From: an uncultured Planctomycetota bacterium
Lineage (GTDB): Bacteria; Planctomycetota; Planctomycetia; Isosphaerales; Isosphaeraceae
Direction of reading: 5' to 3'
Assembly (NCBI GenBank): GCA_963845755.1
Contig: CAWJTV010000020.1
Coordinates: 416,001 to 480,000, forward strand
Length of the DNA: 64,000 bases
This document shows positions 40,561 through 52,300 of this stretch, one piece after another (position 1 is the stretch's first letter; the number at the start of each line of letters is the position of its first letter). The translations under genes were made by a program, and so were the position numbers. A model generated the notes under the pieces. The model worked only from the letters and a program-made list of their open reading frames with translations. It was not told where the DNA came from and made no database searches.

Positions 40561-41832
40561 ATGCTCCGAATCCCAACCCCTCCCCGCGCCGACTGGACCA
40601 AGATCGTCGAATCGCAGGGCCTGCTCTTCCACTCGATCGACGGCGTCCGCTACTGGGACGAGTCCGCCTTTTATCTTTTCGAGGCTGCAGAGGTTGATCT
40701 CATCGAGACGGCCACTTACCAACTCAATGAGATGTGCCTGAAGGCGGTCGGAGACGTGATCGAGAACGGACGTCTCGGCGAGTTCGACATACCGGAGGCG
40801 TTCCACGAGCTCGTGGCCCGAAGCTGGGAGCGCGACGAGCATACGATCTACGGCCGGTTCGACCTGGCGTATGACGGTGCTAGTCCGCCCAAACTGCTCG
40901 AATACAACGCCGATACGCCGACGGCACTCCTGGAGGCGGCCGTCATCCAATGGTTCTGGTTCCGGGACCTGCTGGTCTCGGCGGGCATGAGCGAACGGGC
41001 GGAGGCACCTTTCGACCAGTTCAACAGCCTGCACGAGCGTCTCATCGAGGCGTGGGGCCGCGTCCGGCGCGACCTGGGAGGTCGTGTCCTCTTCGCGGCG
41101 ATGCAGGACTCCCTCGAAGATGTGATGACCGTCACCTACCTCCGCGACACGGCCACGCAGGCCGGGCTGAAAACCGAGTTCCTCGCCGTCAAGGACATCG
41201 GCTGGCACGCTGGCCGCCGAGCATTCACCGACCTCCGCGAGCGAACCGTCGAGATCCTGTTCAAGCTCTACCCCTGGGAATGGATGCTCCGAGAGAAGTT
41301 CGGGCGGTTTCTGCCGGCGGCTCGAACCCGATGGCTCGAGCCCCCCTGGAAGATGGTGCTGAGTAACAAGGCGATCCTCCCGGTACTGGCTGGGCTCTTC
41401 CCGGATAGTCCATACCTCCTCCGCGCCGGATTTCAGCCGATCGGCGAGACGTATGTGGTGAAGCCGATCTATTCGCGCGAAGGCTCGAACGTCGCGATCG
41501 TCCAGGAGGGGCGCATGATCGCCCAGACGGCGGGCGACTATACAGACGGCCCGCACGTGTACCAGGAGTTTCAACCGCTACCGAATTTCGAGGGCCGATA
41601 TCCGGTCGTCGGGAGCTGGATCGTTAACGGTTACGCCTGTGGAATGGGTATTCGCGAGGACGACGGCTTGATCACCCGGAATACGAGCCGGTTCCTGCCG
41701 CACTTGTTTCGCAAGCGGTCCGACCTCAAGCCGCCGGTCATGGACCCCAAGACAAGTCAATGCTCGGACGAAAGGTCGCAGCCTTCCTCCGGCGTGAACG
41801 ACCCGCTCTGGGACCCCTGGCTCGACCGTTGA
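40561..41832 (+). CDS. glutathionylspermidine synthase-like ATP-grasp protein (YgiC-like)
   Basis: YWDES, YGRFDL, KLLEYNADTPT, FKLYPWEW, LSNKAIL, SREG, GIRED. Confidence 0.92.
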   Translation: MLRIPTPPRADWTKIVESQGLLFHSIDGVRYWDESAFYLFEAAEVDLIETATYQLNEMCLKAVGDVIENGRLGEFDIPEAFHELVARSWERDEHTIYGRFDLAYDGASPPKLLEYNADTPTALLEAAVIQWFWFRDLLVSAGMSERAEAPFDQFNSLHERLIEAWGRVRRDLGGRVLFAAMQDSLEDVMTVTYLRDTATQAGLKTEFLAVKDIGWHAGRRAFTDLRERTVEILFKLYPWEWMLREKFGRFLPAARTRWLEPPWKMVLSNKAILPVLAGLFPDSPYLLRAGFQPIGETYVVKPIYSREGSNVAIVQEGRMIAQTAGDYTDGPHVYQEFQPLPNFEGRYPVVGSWIVNGYACGMGIREDDGLITRNTSRFLPHLFRKRSDLKPPVMDPKTSQCSDERSQPSSGVNDPLWDPWLDR

Positions 41833-42019
41833 GCGAATCCCGAGAGTCCCTCTTCCCAGAGTTGCCCTGCCAGGTCAGACACATTCATGCAACCACGCTC
41901 GTATTCGTCTTGTCGAGCGACCGAGTCTGATGTAAGATGGAGTAGCTCGCGGAAACACGGAGTAACCGGCCAGTCACATCCCTCTCGTCGGTCCCGTCCG
42001 GACCAGAACAGTGTCGATA

Positions 42020-42617
42020 ATGAAAGCGGAACTTGTTCCCGATAATGGTGACCCCGCGATCCCGATCGTGCGCGACCTGACGATCGTGGGTAGGCGCGAG
42101 TATTGCGATGTGGTGATCCATCACCACAGCCTCTCGAAACGGCACTGTGTCCTGGTAAAAACCGACGGGTTGTTAGTGATCCGCGACCTGGCGACGACCA
42201 ACGGGACGAAGGTCAAGGGTCAGAAAGTACGATGGGCGGCGCTGTTGCCGGACGACCGGATCAGTCTGGGCGGCTACAAGATGCGCGTGTACCTGGGACC
42301 CGACGATATGCCGGCGCCTTCCGAGCAGGGCCGAGGCCGGGCTCACGCGGCTGGGCGAGGGGCGGCGAATGGGGCAGGCGTTGCGGGCCGACCTGCGGCC
42401 TCCACGGAGGCGCCCTGGAGGGTGGCCGGTCCTCCCGTCCGGCAGGGTGTCACCCCTGGCTTCCCCGAGCCGTCGAAGAGCCAGATCACGGCAATGCCGG
42501 CGCCGGAACGGGCTCTCGTCGCGCCCCTGCGCCGAGGCTGCCAATCTCCCCGATCTGGCCGAGTTCCGGTTCGACATCCTGGATGATGACGACGACGAGA
42601 TCATCGACCTGGAATAG
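42020..42617 (+). CDS. FHA domain protein (frameshift ~42530)
   Basis: VGRREYCD...SLSKRHC...DLATTNGTKV; acidic tail DDDDDEIIDLE in ORF 42369..42617. Confidence 0.85.
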
Positions 42618-42907
42618 ACCCTCAATGGATCATGGTGCCGCGCTTGAGGGGGATCCGAGGTTCTGGTTGCGAGATTCCCGATGAGGAAGATTGTGGGATT
42701 TGGAATCTCGCATCGCGAACGCGGGAATCTCGGAATCGGGAAACCCTCGGCTCCTGGCCGAAGGCCGCGTCCAGATGCTTCAGGCTGAAGAAAAAAAACG
42801 AGACAACGCCGCCGGTGTGACCACCGTGCGACGTCGTCTCGTCGGGAGCGGGTTCGTCGTCTAGCTCAGTTTGAGCGGGAATCTCGGGCCCATCCAGGGT
42901 GGGAGAC

Positions 42908-43174
42908 TCAGGTGGGATCGGGGCGACTCCGGCGGGTTTCGCGGCGGACCGGTTGGTTGAGGCGCTCGATCTGTCGAGCGTCCTGGGGATCCAGCCGGCT
43001 CGCCTGGCGATTCTCGCGTTGGATCGCTTCGTACACCTCTTGTCGATGTACGGAGATCTCGATCGGGGCCGCGATCCCCAATCGCACTTTATCACCCCGG
43101 ATATCCACCACGGTAATGACGATATCATCACCGATGATGATACTTTCGTCGCGGTGTCGGGATAGGACCAGCAT
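42908..43174 (-). CDS. csrA: carbon storage regulator CsrA
   Basis: MLVLSR...IIIGDDIVITVVDIRGDKVRLGIAAP...VHRQEVY. Confidence 0.95.
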   Translation of the reverse strand: MLVLSRHRDESIIIGDDIVITVVDIRGDKVRLGIAAPIEISVHRQEVYEAIQRENRQASRLDPQDARQIERLNQPVRRETRRSRPDPT

Positions 43175-43305
43175 CGTATTCGGCTCCTTCCTCCTGCCAG
43201 CGAGGCCCGCGACCATCCCTGATCACGCTGCCTACGCCTCGGTGACCACGACGGAGCTGGGGATGGTACGTCGGCAGTTACACGAAAGGTGTTGAGCTAC
43301 ACGGG

Positions 43306-43785
43306 TTACGCCGTCGCACGCAGCGGTGACGGCCCGGGAAGCAGGTTCGGTGCTGAAGGGGACACGCCCGTTTCGAGGGGGTATCGCACCGGGTACCGGC
43401 TGGAGGTCAAGACCAGTTGCCGGCCCAGGCGACGAAGCGGGTTGAAGACCAGCGGTCCCTGGAGGTTGACGGTCAACCCTCCCCCTTCGCCACGATTGAG
43501 GATGACGTAAATCAATGCGGACCGTTCGTCATCGAGCTCCAAGGCCGAACGGTCACCCTGACGGATCTCGACGCGGTAGTCGCCGACCGCCAGCGGGGGC
43601 GCGACCAGGCCGAATGCCAGTTCGGGAGCGGTCAGGCTCTGCAACCAGGACAGACCCATCACGACCGGATCCGGGAGGAAGACAAAGTGCCGGAATGCCC
43701 GAAAACCCAGCAATCCTTCCGGAATCGTGATGACATCCGTTTCGCAAGCCTGGATCAGCCCGAAGCGGGTCGTGAGGATGTTCAC
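43306..43785 (-). CDS. fliW: FliW, CsrA antagonist
   Basis: TTRFG...PEGLLGF...WLQS...TVNLQGPLVFN...GRQLVL; adjacent to csrA. Confidence 0.9.
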   Translation of the reverse strand: MNILTTRFGLIQACETDVITIPEGLLGFRAFRHFVFLPDPVVMGLSWLQSLTAPELAFGLVAPPLAVGDYRVEIRQGDRSALELDDERSALIYVILNRGEGGGLTVNLQGPLVFNPLRRLGRQLVLTSSRYPVRYPLETGVSPSAPNLLPGPSPLRATA

Positions 43786-44185
43786 TTCCTGGTTACCTCC
43801 TTGAAGGTCGGTCGGGCAAAAGCCTGAGTGAGCAGGGCGTCTCCCGGCGCAACTTCAGACGTCCTCATCCAATCCCATCGTTCACCTCGACGGGCCCGGC
43901 CGCGATCCCGGCCCCTTGAGCAGGGGACCGAACGGGCCGGATGAGTGGCGGGAGCTGCGGTCTCCCGTCCGCCACGTGACGCGGTCCCATCGGCCCGCAC
44001 CGCAACCCACTCCCCGCCTCATCCCTTCGCTTCCCTTCGCTCGTCCGGGGAGTCGCCGTGACGACCATTATATCGTCCCGGGATCCCGACGCGGCTCAAT
44101 CGCGGACGACGGAAATCCTGACACAGTACGCCTCGCGATGGCTGCGCCAGTCGCTCCGTTCGTAGCTTTTGTTCGTGGTCCCTCC

Positions 44186-45727
<1,542 letters not shown>

Positions 45728-46352
45728 ATCCGCCACTCCTCCAACGCGACACGCGTCAAATCTCGTATCGACCTTGTAGGCCGTCGCGCCCTGGAAACTC
45801 TGAATAAAGAGTTTTCAAGAGGTTTCGCGAGCTGCACGACCAGGAACGTCCCACGAGAGATTCAAGAGATGGTCCCGACTCCCGGCGTTGCGAAGAAATC
45901 ATCCTGGACCGTGCTAATCTCATCGAACCATCCCGCCTCTCCGAGCCTCCGACAAGTCCGGCGGGAGATGCTCGGATCTAGTAATGATGTATGTTTTATC
46001 TATCAATGATAATCTATCCTCCTGAGGTAGGTAATCAACCACGAGAACCGACTGCGCGTACGCGACTGTGAACTCTCTCGTCGGTCGCCAGGACGCGATC
46101 TGGCTCCCCTCGTCGATGACGAAGAGTTCCAACCTCGGTCCTCTCGATTCGTTGGCGCCGTGATGGAGCGAGCCCATCGCTCTGGCCTCCGGGGATCGCT
46201 CCGGGCTCGCCGAATGACGAGTGGATGGCGTATCGCGGCGTGACGCTGTTAGAATCAGCCCGTGATTATCGGAGTTGTGGAGCGACGTCCTTCCCGCTGT
46301 CATCTTTCGGATGGACAATGGTTTCGCATTCGGAAGGAAAGCAGGATTGTAC

Positions 46353-47081
46353 ATGAAGACTAACCGATGGTTTTCTCGTGGGCTCGGATTCTTGATGGGA
46401 ATGACCGTCACCGTCCTGGGATCGAGTCCCGCCCGGGCTCAGTGGGGCATGGGAGGTGGTATGGGCTGGGGCATGGGAGGTTTTTACCAGGCGCCCTCTC
46501 CGACAAACCTCTTGAACCAGCATGCTCTCACTCGTGCCGCCGCGGGCCGAGCAGAGCGGCCTTCGCACGGCGCCTATCGGAACAATCCCAACTCCTACAT
46601 CAATCGCGTTCGCGATAATGGATTCGTCCCACACTACGATGTCCGGCGGCACCAGCCGCCCGCCTATCAGCCGCGACCGACCGCATCGCTGGGTAATACC
46701 GGACGGGTAGATTCTGGGGCCACGGCCGCTCCGCAGCCCATCTTGCCGCTGTCGAGTTTTTTCGATGCATCACAACGTCTCGTGTGGCCGACCGACTCTC
46801 CCAACGATGGGGACTTAGGAGAGAAGCGAACGATTTCCGACCAGAACACCCTGGCCGTCCTCCAGGAGAAGAAGCAGCGAAGTACGGCTTCGATTGCCAT
46901 TGTGACGGAGGCGCGGCAGAAGCTGCTCGACTATGGCCGGCCTGCGCTCCGAGCGCTGAGGGAGACCTCCACGCCGCGCATCGCGGACTCGTTCCACGTC
47001 TTCCTTCTGTCTCTCTACGATTCGCTCGCTCAAGCCGCCTTGCCGCCCGCACCCGGTGGCAGTTCCGCTCCCAACCCCTGA
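46353..47081 (+). CDS. exported hypothetical protein
   Basis: Signal peptide ending SSPARAQ followed by Gly/Met/Trp-rich segment. Confidence 0.65.
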   Translation: MKTNRWFSRGLGFLMGMTVTVLGSSPARAQWGMGGGMGWGMGGFYQAPSPTNLLNQHALTRAAAGRAERPSHGAYRNNPNSYINRVRDNGFVPHYDVRRHQPPAYQPRPTASLGNTGRVDSGATAAPQPILPLSSFFDASQRLVWPTDSPNDGDLGEKRTISDQNTLAVLQEKKQRSTASIAIVTEARQKLLDYGRPALRALRETSTPRIADSFHVFLLSLYDSLAQAALPPAPGGSSAPNP

Positions 47082-47140
47082 TCAGGAGAAGGCGATTCCC
47101 GATTCGGAATCCTGTCGAGGCTTTGCGGGGCTCTGGGGGG

Positions 47141-48214
47141 TCATTCGCCGACTGCGCGGGCGATCGTCGGTTCGAGGTTCTTGGGCACCAGGTCAATGGA
47201 GGCAACCTTTCCATCCCTGGCGATGAGGATGTTCGCCGGGATTTCGGTCACGCCGTAAGCCTTGGCATAGTCCTTCTCCCCCAGACCGTTGATTAGCGTG
47301 GGCCAGCGCACATTCTGGTCGAGCAGAAATCGACGGACGTTGGGCAGCACGGTCTCCAGCTTCTGTCCTTCGTCCTGCGCTGCGTCTAGATTGATGCCCA
47401 CGATCCGCAGTCCCCGCTCTCGATAGGACACTTCCACAGCTTGCAACGCCTCGATCTCGGCGGCACAGGGCAAGCACCAACTCGCCCAGAAGACAACCAG
47501 AACGACCTTCCCCTTCATATCGGCGACGCCGAACGGTTTGCCATCAAGATCGGCTCCTTGGATCACCGGTGCGGGCTGGCCCACCAGCTCTAGTCGTCTG
47601 AGACGAGTGGACAAGAATTCCTTGAGGACGGGACGTTGCGTGTGCCCGAGCACAATCTGGAGGGCCTTGCGTGCGGTGTCGAACCGGGCATTCTGGATCA
47701 GCCGCTGATAGTAGGCATCGCAAATTGTCATAATCTCGTCGGTCGGCAGTTCGGCCCGAGGAGCTCCGCGCTCAGCGGCCTTCTCTCGTTCGGCAACGAT
47801 GTGCTGAAGGGTCTCGAGAGACAGGTCGTAGTCCCCGCGGTCGGCCTCGGCGATCATCTTGACCAGAACGGCGAGCGCCGTAGCGGTCGGCGATGCGCTA
47901 CCGCCGCTCAGCACGCTCTTCGCGGACGGCTCCGCCTCGCGGAACAGATTGCCGGCGATCGCCAGTCGAAAGAGTTGTTCGTAGGTCGCAACGGCGTCCG
48001 CGGCGTTCTGGCGGGCCGCTAGTTGTTCGAGACGCTCCAGTCGCCGACGATCGAGCAGGAGTAATTGTTGATTGTAATCATCATTGATCGCCTTGATGCT
48101 TTCGTCGGGTGCGGACGCCGCCGTCTGCTTCTTGGCTTCCTGCCCCATGGCCGTGACCGTCAAGCCAATACACGCCAGAATCCCGGCTCTCGCGATGATG
48201 CGACGACATCTCAT
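47141..48214 (-). CDS. TlpA-family thiol-disulfide oxidoreductase
   Basis: GKVVLVVFWASWCLPC and YGVTEIPANILI; N-terminal signal peptide. Confidence 0.88.
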   Translation of the reverse strand: MRCRRIIARAGILACIGLTVTAMGQEAKKQTAASAPDESIKAINDDYNQQLLLLDRRRLERLEQLAARQNAADAVATYEQLFRLAIAGNLFREAEPSAKSVLSGGSASPTATALAVLVKMIAEADRGDYDLSLETLQHIVAEREKAAERGAPRAELPTDEIMTICDAYYQRLIQNARFDTARKALQIVLGHTQRPVLKEFLSTRLRRLELVGQPAPVIQGADLDGKPFGVADMKGKVVLVVFWASWCLPCAAEIEALQAVEVSYRERGLRIVGINLDAAQDEGQKLETVLPNVRRFLLDQNVRWPTLINGLGEKDYAKAYGVTEIPANILIARDGKVASIDLVPKNLEPTIARAVGE

Positions 48215-48911
48215 CTCGGTCGATCCTCCTCGAATGGGGCGTTCTAGAAGCAGTCCTGGCAAATCGCGGCGATCGATTTGGACTTATCTTGGTTGCTATG
48301 AGTGGTCGATCGTCCCCATCGTCGGGATGCCGCGAGATCGTCTCGAGCGGTCGAGTTCACTCGGTCCTCATTGTGCCATCTCGATCTGGACAAGGGTAGG
48401 GACAAGGGCGAACGGAGATCGCAGCAGCCGTTCATCGTGGTCGAGACCCGGCCGTCGAGGAACGCATCGTAACAGGGCGGCCCCTTCCCCAAGCGAACTT
48501 AGGCCACGATCAGAGCCACGAGGCAAATGCAATTGTGGGAAAACGTCTTACCAGTTATCTTCCGACACCTCGATGAGACACGCAATGGTGCGTCTGGAGG
48601 ATCCGGGGTCGGCCCAATTCGAGGTGAGAGTGGGGCTGATGGGATCATGGTCTCGTGGTCGAAGATGATCGACGAGAAGAACGACTCGCGATGTCCTCCG
48701 GGTGCACGCGGTGACGATGCTGGCTTTCACGATCGGCAGGTTTTCGAGGCGTTGCGGGAAGTCATTTTGGATAGGGATGTTATGTTCTTACAATCCTTTC
48801 ATTGCTTTAGGTGCTCTTAATAAGGCACTGAGGGTTCTGCGGAGTCATGCTCGAGAGCGAGGCCGATCGATGTGGACGGCACAACCGTCCGGCGGCAGGA
48901 GCTGAACACGC

Positions 48912-50630
48912 GTGCGACGACCCATAAGCTGGACAAGCCTTTGGGAATCGCTACTCGGCTTGTTCGCTGTCCTGGTCGTCTTCTGCCCGAGCGCCCTGTC
49001 TCAGGATCTTCCCCCGGCGATTCCCCCCTCACCAGCGGCGCCGGGTCCGAGGATCCCATCCGGTCCATCCCCATCCGCACCGATCTCTGTGGAGCAACTC
49101 GCAGAGCGGCTTCGAATGATGGAGGAAATGAACAGGAAGCTCGCCGCGCAACTTGAGGAGGCCAACAAGGCGCATGACGAGGAGATGAAGGAATTACGCG
49201 CGAGATTCGCGGAGCTGTCGAATCGGCTAAGCATCGGAGAGAAGGGCGGGGGAGGGATAAGCGATCCCGTCGGAACGGCCCCGCGGAGGGCCGACGTCCC
49301 GGGGGCCGACCCCGACTCGCCCGTGCCGGACTACACGGAAGGGCAGTTCTTCCCCAACTCACCCGCACCGGGATACTCACTCGCGAAGGTCTCCGGTACC
49401 CGCGGGTTGCCCCTGAGGGGCACCTTCGGGCCCGGCTTCCAGTTCGAGACCGAGGATGAGGAATTTCGGCTTCAAGTCCACCTGGAGTCCCAGATCGAGG
49501 GACGGATGTGGCGTCAGGCCGACCAGATCCCGGCCAATAGCGGCCTCTTCTTGCCCCGCCAGCGGATCTTCTTCAACGGCAACATCACCAAGAACATCGA
49601 GTACGAGTTTTCGATCAACCGAGGGTTGGGCGGCACGATCAACATTCTCAACGCCTATATCAACTTGCATCTCGACGACCGTTTCGAGATCCGCTTTGGG
49701 CGATTCTTCACGCCGCTGACCTACGACCAGTACGCGATCTCGAATTACTGGCTGCCGACGCCCGAGCGTTCGGTGTTCACGACCAACGTCGGCCTGGGCC
49801 GCCAGATCGGGCTGATGGGCTGGGGTTACCTCTTCGACAAGCGGCTCGACTACGCCGCCGGGATCTTCAACGGCTCGCGGAATTCGTTCGAGAGTCTCAG
49901 CAATGGTGTCGATGTCGTCGCGTTCCTCAACGCGAGGCCGTTCCAGCAGTCGGAGACGCTGAGGTTTGCCAGATTCCTCAACCTTGGCACCTCGGTCGCG
50001 TTCGGCTATCAGGACCAGCCGCCGGTGCCCGTGTCGTTCCGCATCGGCGGGGGGTCCCCGAATGGCGACGTCCCCGGGGCCGGCACGACGCCGTTCCTCA
50101 TCCTCAACCCCGGCGTGATCGAGCGGGGCGACCGGTTGCTTGGATCCGTCCATTCGGCCTACTTTTACAAGAGCCTGTCGCTGCTCGGCGAGTGGCAATA
50201 CGGCTACGGCAGCTATGCGTTTCTCAACAGCCCGTCGGCGGTCCAGGTGCCCTACATGGGCTTCTATGTCGCGGGTGGCTATTTCCTGACCGGCGAGCAC
50301 GTCGAGCAACGAAGCCGGCTCTATCCGAATCGGTCCTTGTTCCCGACCAAACGAGGAGATCCACGCGGTCCGGGTGCCTGGGAGATGGTCGGGCGCGTCG
50401 GAGAACTTCGCCTCGGCGAGAAGATCTTCACCGAGGGGTTCGCCGATCCGAACCTCTGGTCCAATCAGGCCATAACGACCGAACTGGGCATGAACTGGTA
50501 CTGGAACGAATATATAAAAATGTATATGTTTTGGCTGCATGGCGACTTCGGCGAGGCGGTCCAGTACCGACCGGGCGGGTTTCAGAAGACCGCCGATATG
50601 TTCTGGTTGAGGTTCCAGCTCTATTTCTGA
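48912..50630 (+). CDS. phosphate-selective porin O/P-like outer membrane protein
   Basis: Signal peptide, coiled coil, beta-barrel motifs GFYVAGGYFLTGE, GAWE, GMNWYWN, terminal RFQLYF. Confidence 0.82.
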   Translation: MRRPISWTSLWESLLGLFAVLVVFCPSALSQDLPPAIPPSPAAPGPRIPSGPSPSAPISVEQLAERLRMMEEMNRKLAAQLEEANKAHDEEMKELRARFAELSNRLSIGEKGGGGISDPVGTAPRRADVPGADPDSPVPDYTEGQFFPNSPAPGYSLAKVSGTRGLPLRGTFGPGFQFETEDEEFRLQVHLESQIEGRMWRQADQIPANSGLFLPRQRIFFNGNITKNIEYEFSINRGLGGTINILNAYINLHLDDRFEIRFGRFFTPLTYDQYAISNYWLPTPERSVFTTNVGLGRQIGLMGWGYLFDKRLDYAAGIFNGSRNSFESLSNGVDVVAFLNARPFQQSETLRFARFLNLGTSVAFGYQDQPPVPVSFRIGGGSPNGDVPGAGTTPFLILNPGVIERGDRLLGSVHSAYFYKSLSLLGEWQYGYGSYAFLNSPSAVQVPYMGFYVAGGYFLTGEHVEQRSRLYPNRSLFPTKRGDPRGPGAWEMVGRVGELRLGEKIFTEGFADPNLWSNQAITTELGMNWYWNEYIKMYMFWLHGDFGEAVQYRPGGFQKTADMFWLRFQLYF

Positions 50631-50907
50631 GGCGGGCGATCAGCAATTGTCGAGGAGCGAGTCCTGGATGACCGAGCGACATTTCGGACACTTTGTTAGT
50701 GACTTCGGATTTCGCGGAATTTGGGGGGATTGCTGGATACTGGGCGAATTGTCAGCATCGTAGCACCTCATGCGCCGCGGCCTTCCCGTGAAATTGCGAT
50801 CGCCCTTCGACCTCGCGGAGTTGCCGGAGCGTCGCAGGCTGCGCTCGCGGGTCCATTCGATCGGGCGACCCACCGAGCCCGAAGCGCCGTTCCTGGAAGG
50901 ATGAGTC

Positions 50908-51624
50908 ATGCGATCACCGTATCGTTCGTCTCGCCGCGAGTTCGTGCGGCTCACCGGGCTGGCAGCCGGCGTGGCCGGTCTGAGTTCTGGATTGACCGGG
51001 GAGGCTGCCGTCCAGCCACCTGCGGCCCGCGATCCCGCCGCCGTGCTCGCCCGGTTGCTCGAGGGAAACCAGCGGTTCGTCGAAGGGAAGCTCACCCACC
51101 CGGGGCGGAAGCCGGAAGACTTCGCGGCGCTGGCGGAGGGGCAGGCGCCCCTCGCTGCCATCGTTGCGTGTGCGGACTCGCGAGTGGCTCCCGAACTGCT
51201 CTTCGACCAAGGGGTCGGCGACCTGTTCGTGGTCCGCGTGGCGGGGAACATCGTCAGCGGCGCGGGACCGAGTGTGAAGGGGAGCATCGAGTTCGCGGTC
51301 GCAGAGCTGGGCGTCCGACTGATCATGGTCCTCGGCCACTCGGCGTGCGGCGCGGTCAAGGCCGCCGTTGCTCACATCGACGCCAACGACGTGCTGCCCG
51401 GCTCCATCCGCGAACTCGTAGAGCTCATCCGGCCAGCCGCCGCCTCGGTGCGAGGAAAATCCGGTGACAAGCTCGACAACGCCATCAAGGCCAACGTGGC
51501 GCTGGGTGTTGAGCGGCTCAAAGGCCTGGATCCCATACTAGCCGAGAAGGCCAGGAGCAGAGAGCTGAAGGTGGTCGGCGCCGTCTACGACCTGCGCGCG
51601 GGCCTGGTCACCTTGCTCGACTGA
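50908..51624 (+). CDS. beta-class carbonic anhydrase with Tat signal
   Basis: SRREFV twin-arginine motif; CADSRV, RVAGN, GHSACGAV. Confidence 0.93.
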   Translation: MRSPYRSSRREFVRLTGLAAGVAGLSSGLTGEAAVQPPAARDPAAVLARLLEGNQRFVEGKLTHPGRKPEDFAALAEGQAPLAAIVACADSRVAPELLFDQGVGDLFVVRVAGNIVSGAGPSVKGSIEFAVAELGVRLIMVLGHSACGAVKAAVAHIDANDVLPGSIRELVELIRPAAASVRGKSGDKLDNAIKANVALGVERLKGLDPILAEKARSRELKVVGAVYDLRAGLVTLLD

Positions 51625-51675
51625 ATCTGCTGAACGGGCACAGTCTGTCAAGGAGGATCCCGGGGACTTCCATCG

Positions 51676-52224
51676 ATGACAGACGTTATGCGGATTCTCT
51701 CGTCAATCGGGCAAGGAGGACCCGAGTCGGCGGATCAGTTGCTGCCGTTGGTCTACGAGGAACTCCGTCAACTCGCCGTTCAGAGGCTGAGACTCGAGTC
51801 GCCCGGTCAAACGCTCCAGCCAACTGCGTTGGTACATGAAGCCTACTTGCGGCTGGTGGATGTCGAGAACGCCCAGGTCTGGAACGGCCGCCGTCACTTC
51901 TTCGCCGCGGCGGCCGAGGCGATGCGGCGCATCCTGGTCGAGTCTGCACGGCGCAAGACCAGTCTGAAGCGGGGGGGGCGGCTGCGCCGAGTCGACCTTG
52001 TCGACCAAGCCGCCTCTGACCCGGACGAGGACCTCCTCGCTCTTGACGAGGCTCTCAACCGGCTGATGATCGAAGACCCGATCGCGGCCCGGGTGGTCGA
52101 ACTTCGCCAGTTCGCCGGCCTGGGACACGAGGAGATCGCGGTCACCCTCGGCATTACCGTGTACCTCGCCCGCCAGAAATGGACCTACGCCCGGGCCTGG
52201 CTCCGCAACACCCTCGGGAGCTGA
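51676..52224 (+). CDS. ECF-type sigma factor (planctomycete kinase-associated type)
   Basis: LLPLVYEELRQLA, TLQPTALVHEAYLRL, FFAAAAEAMRRILV, WTYARAWL. Confidence 0.92.
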   Translation: MTDVMRILSSIGQGGPESADQLLPLVYEELRQLAVQRLRLESPGQTLQPTALVHEAYLRLVDVENAQVWNGRRHFFAAAAEAMRRILVESARRKTSLKRGGRLRRVDLVDQAASDPDEDLLALDEALNRLMIEDPIAARVVELRQFAGLGHEEIAVTLGITVYLARQKWTYARAWLRNTLGS

Positions 52225-52300
52225 GGAATTTTTCAGATTCTTCGACAGTTTCGGCAACGGAATGCGCACTGAAGGATGAAGCCGATGAGCGGAGCATCCT

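Noticed and set aside
42660..42745. Short ggaatctc-type repeats between the FHA gene and csrA
   Set aside because: Too short and degenerate to support more than an intergenic hairpin.
45920..46411. 163-aa minus-strand ORF after thiC
   Set aside because: No recognisable motifs, and it overlaps the start of the better-supported plus-strand gene at 46353.
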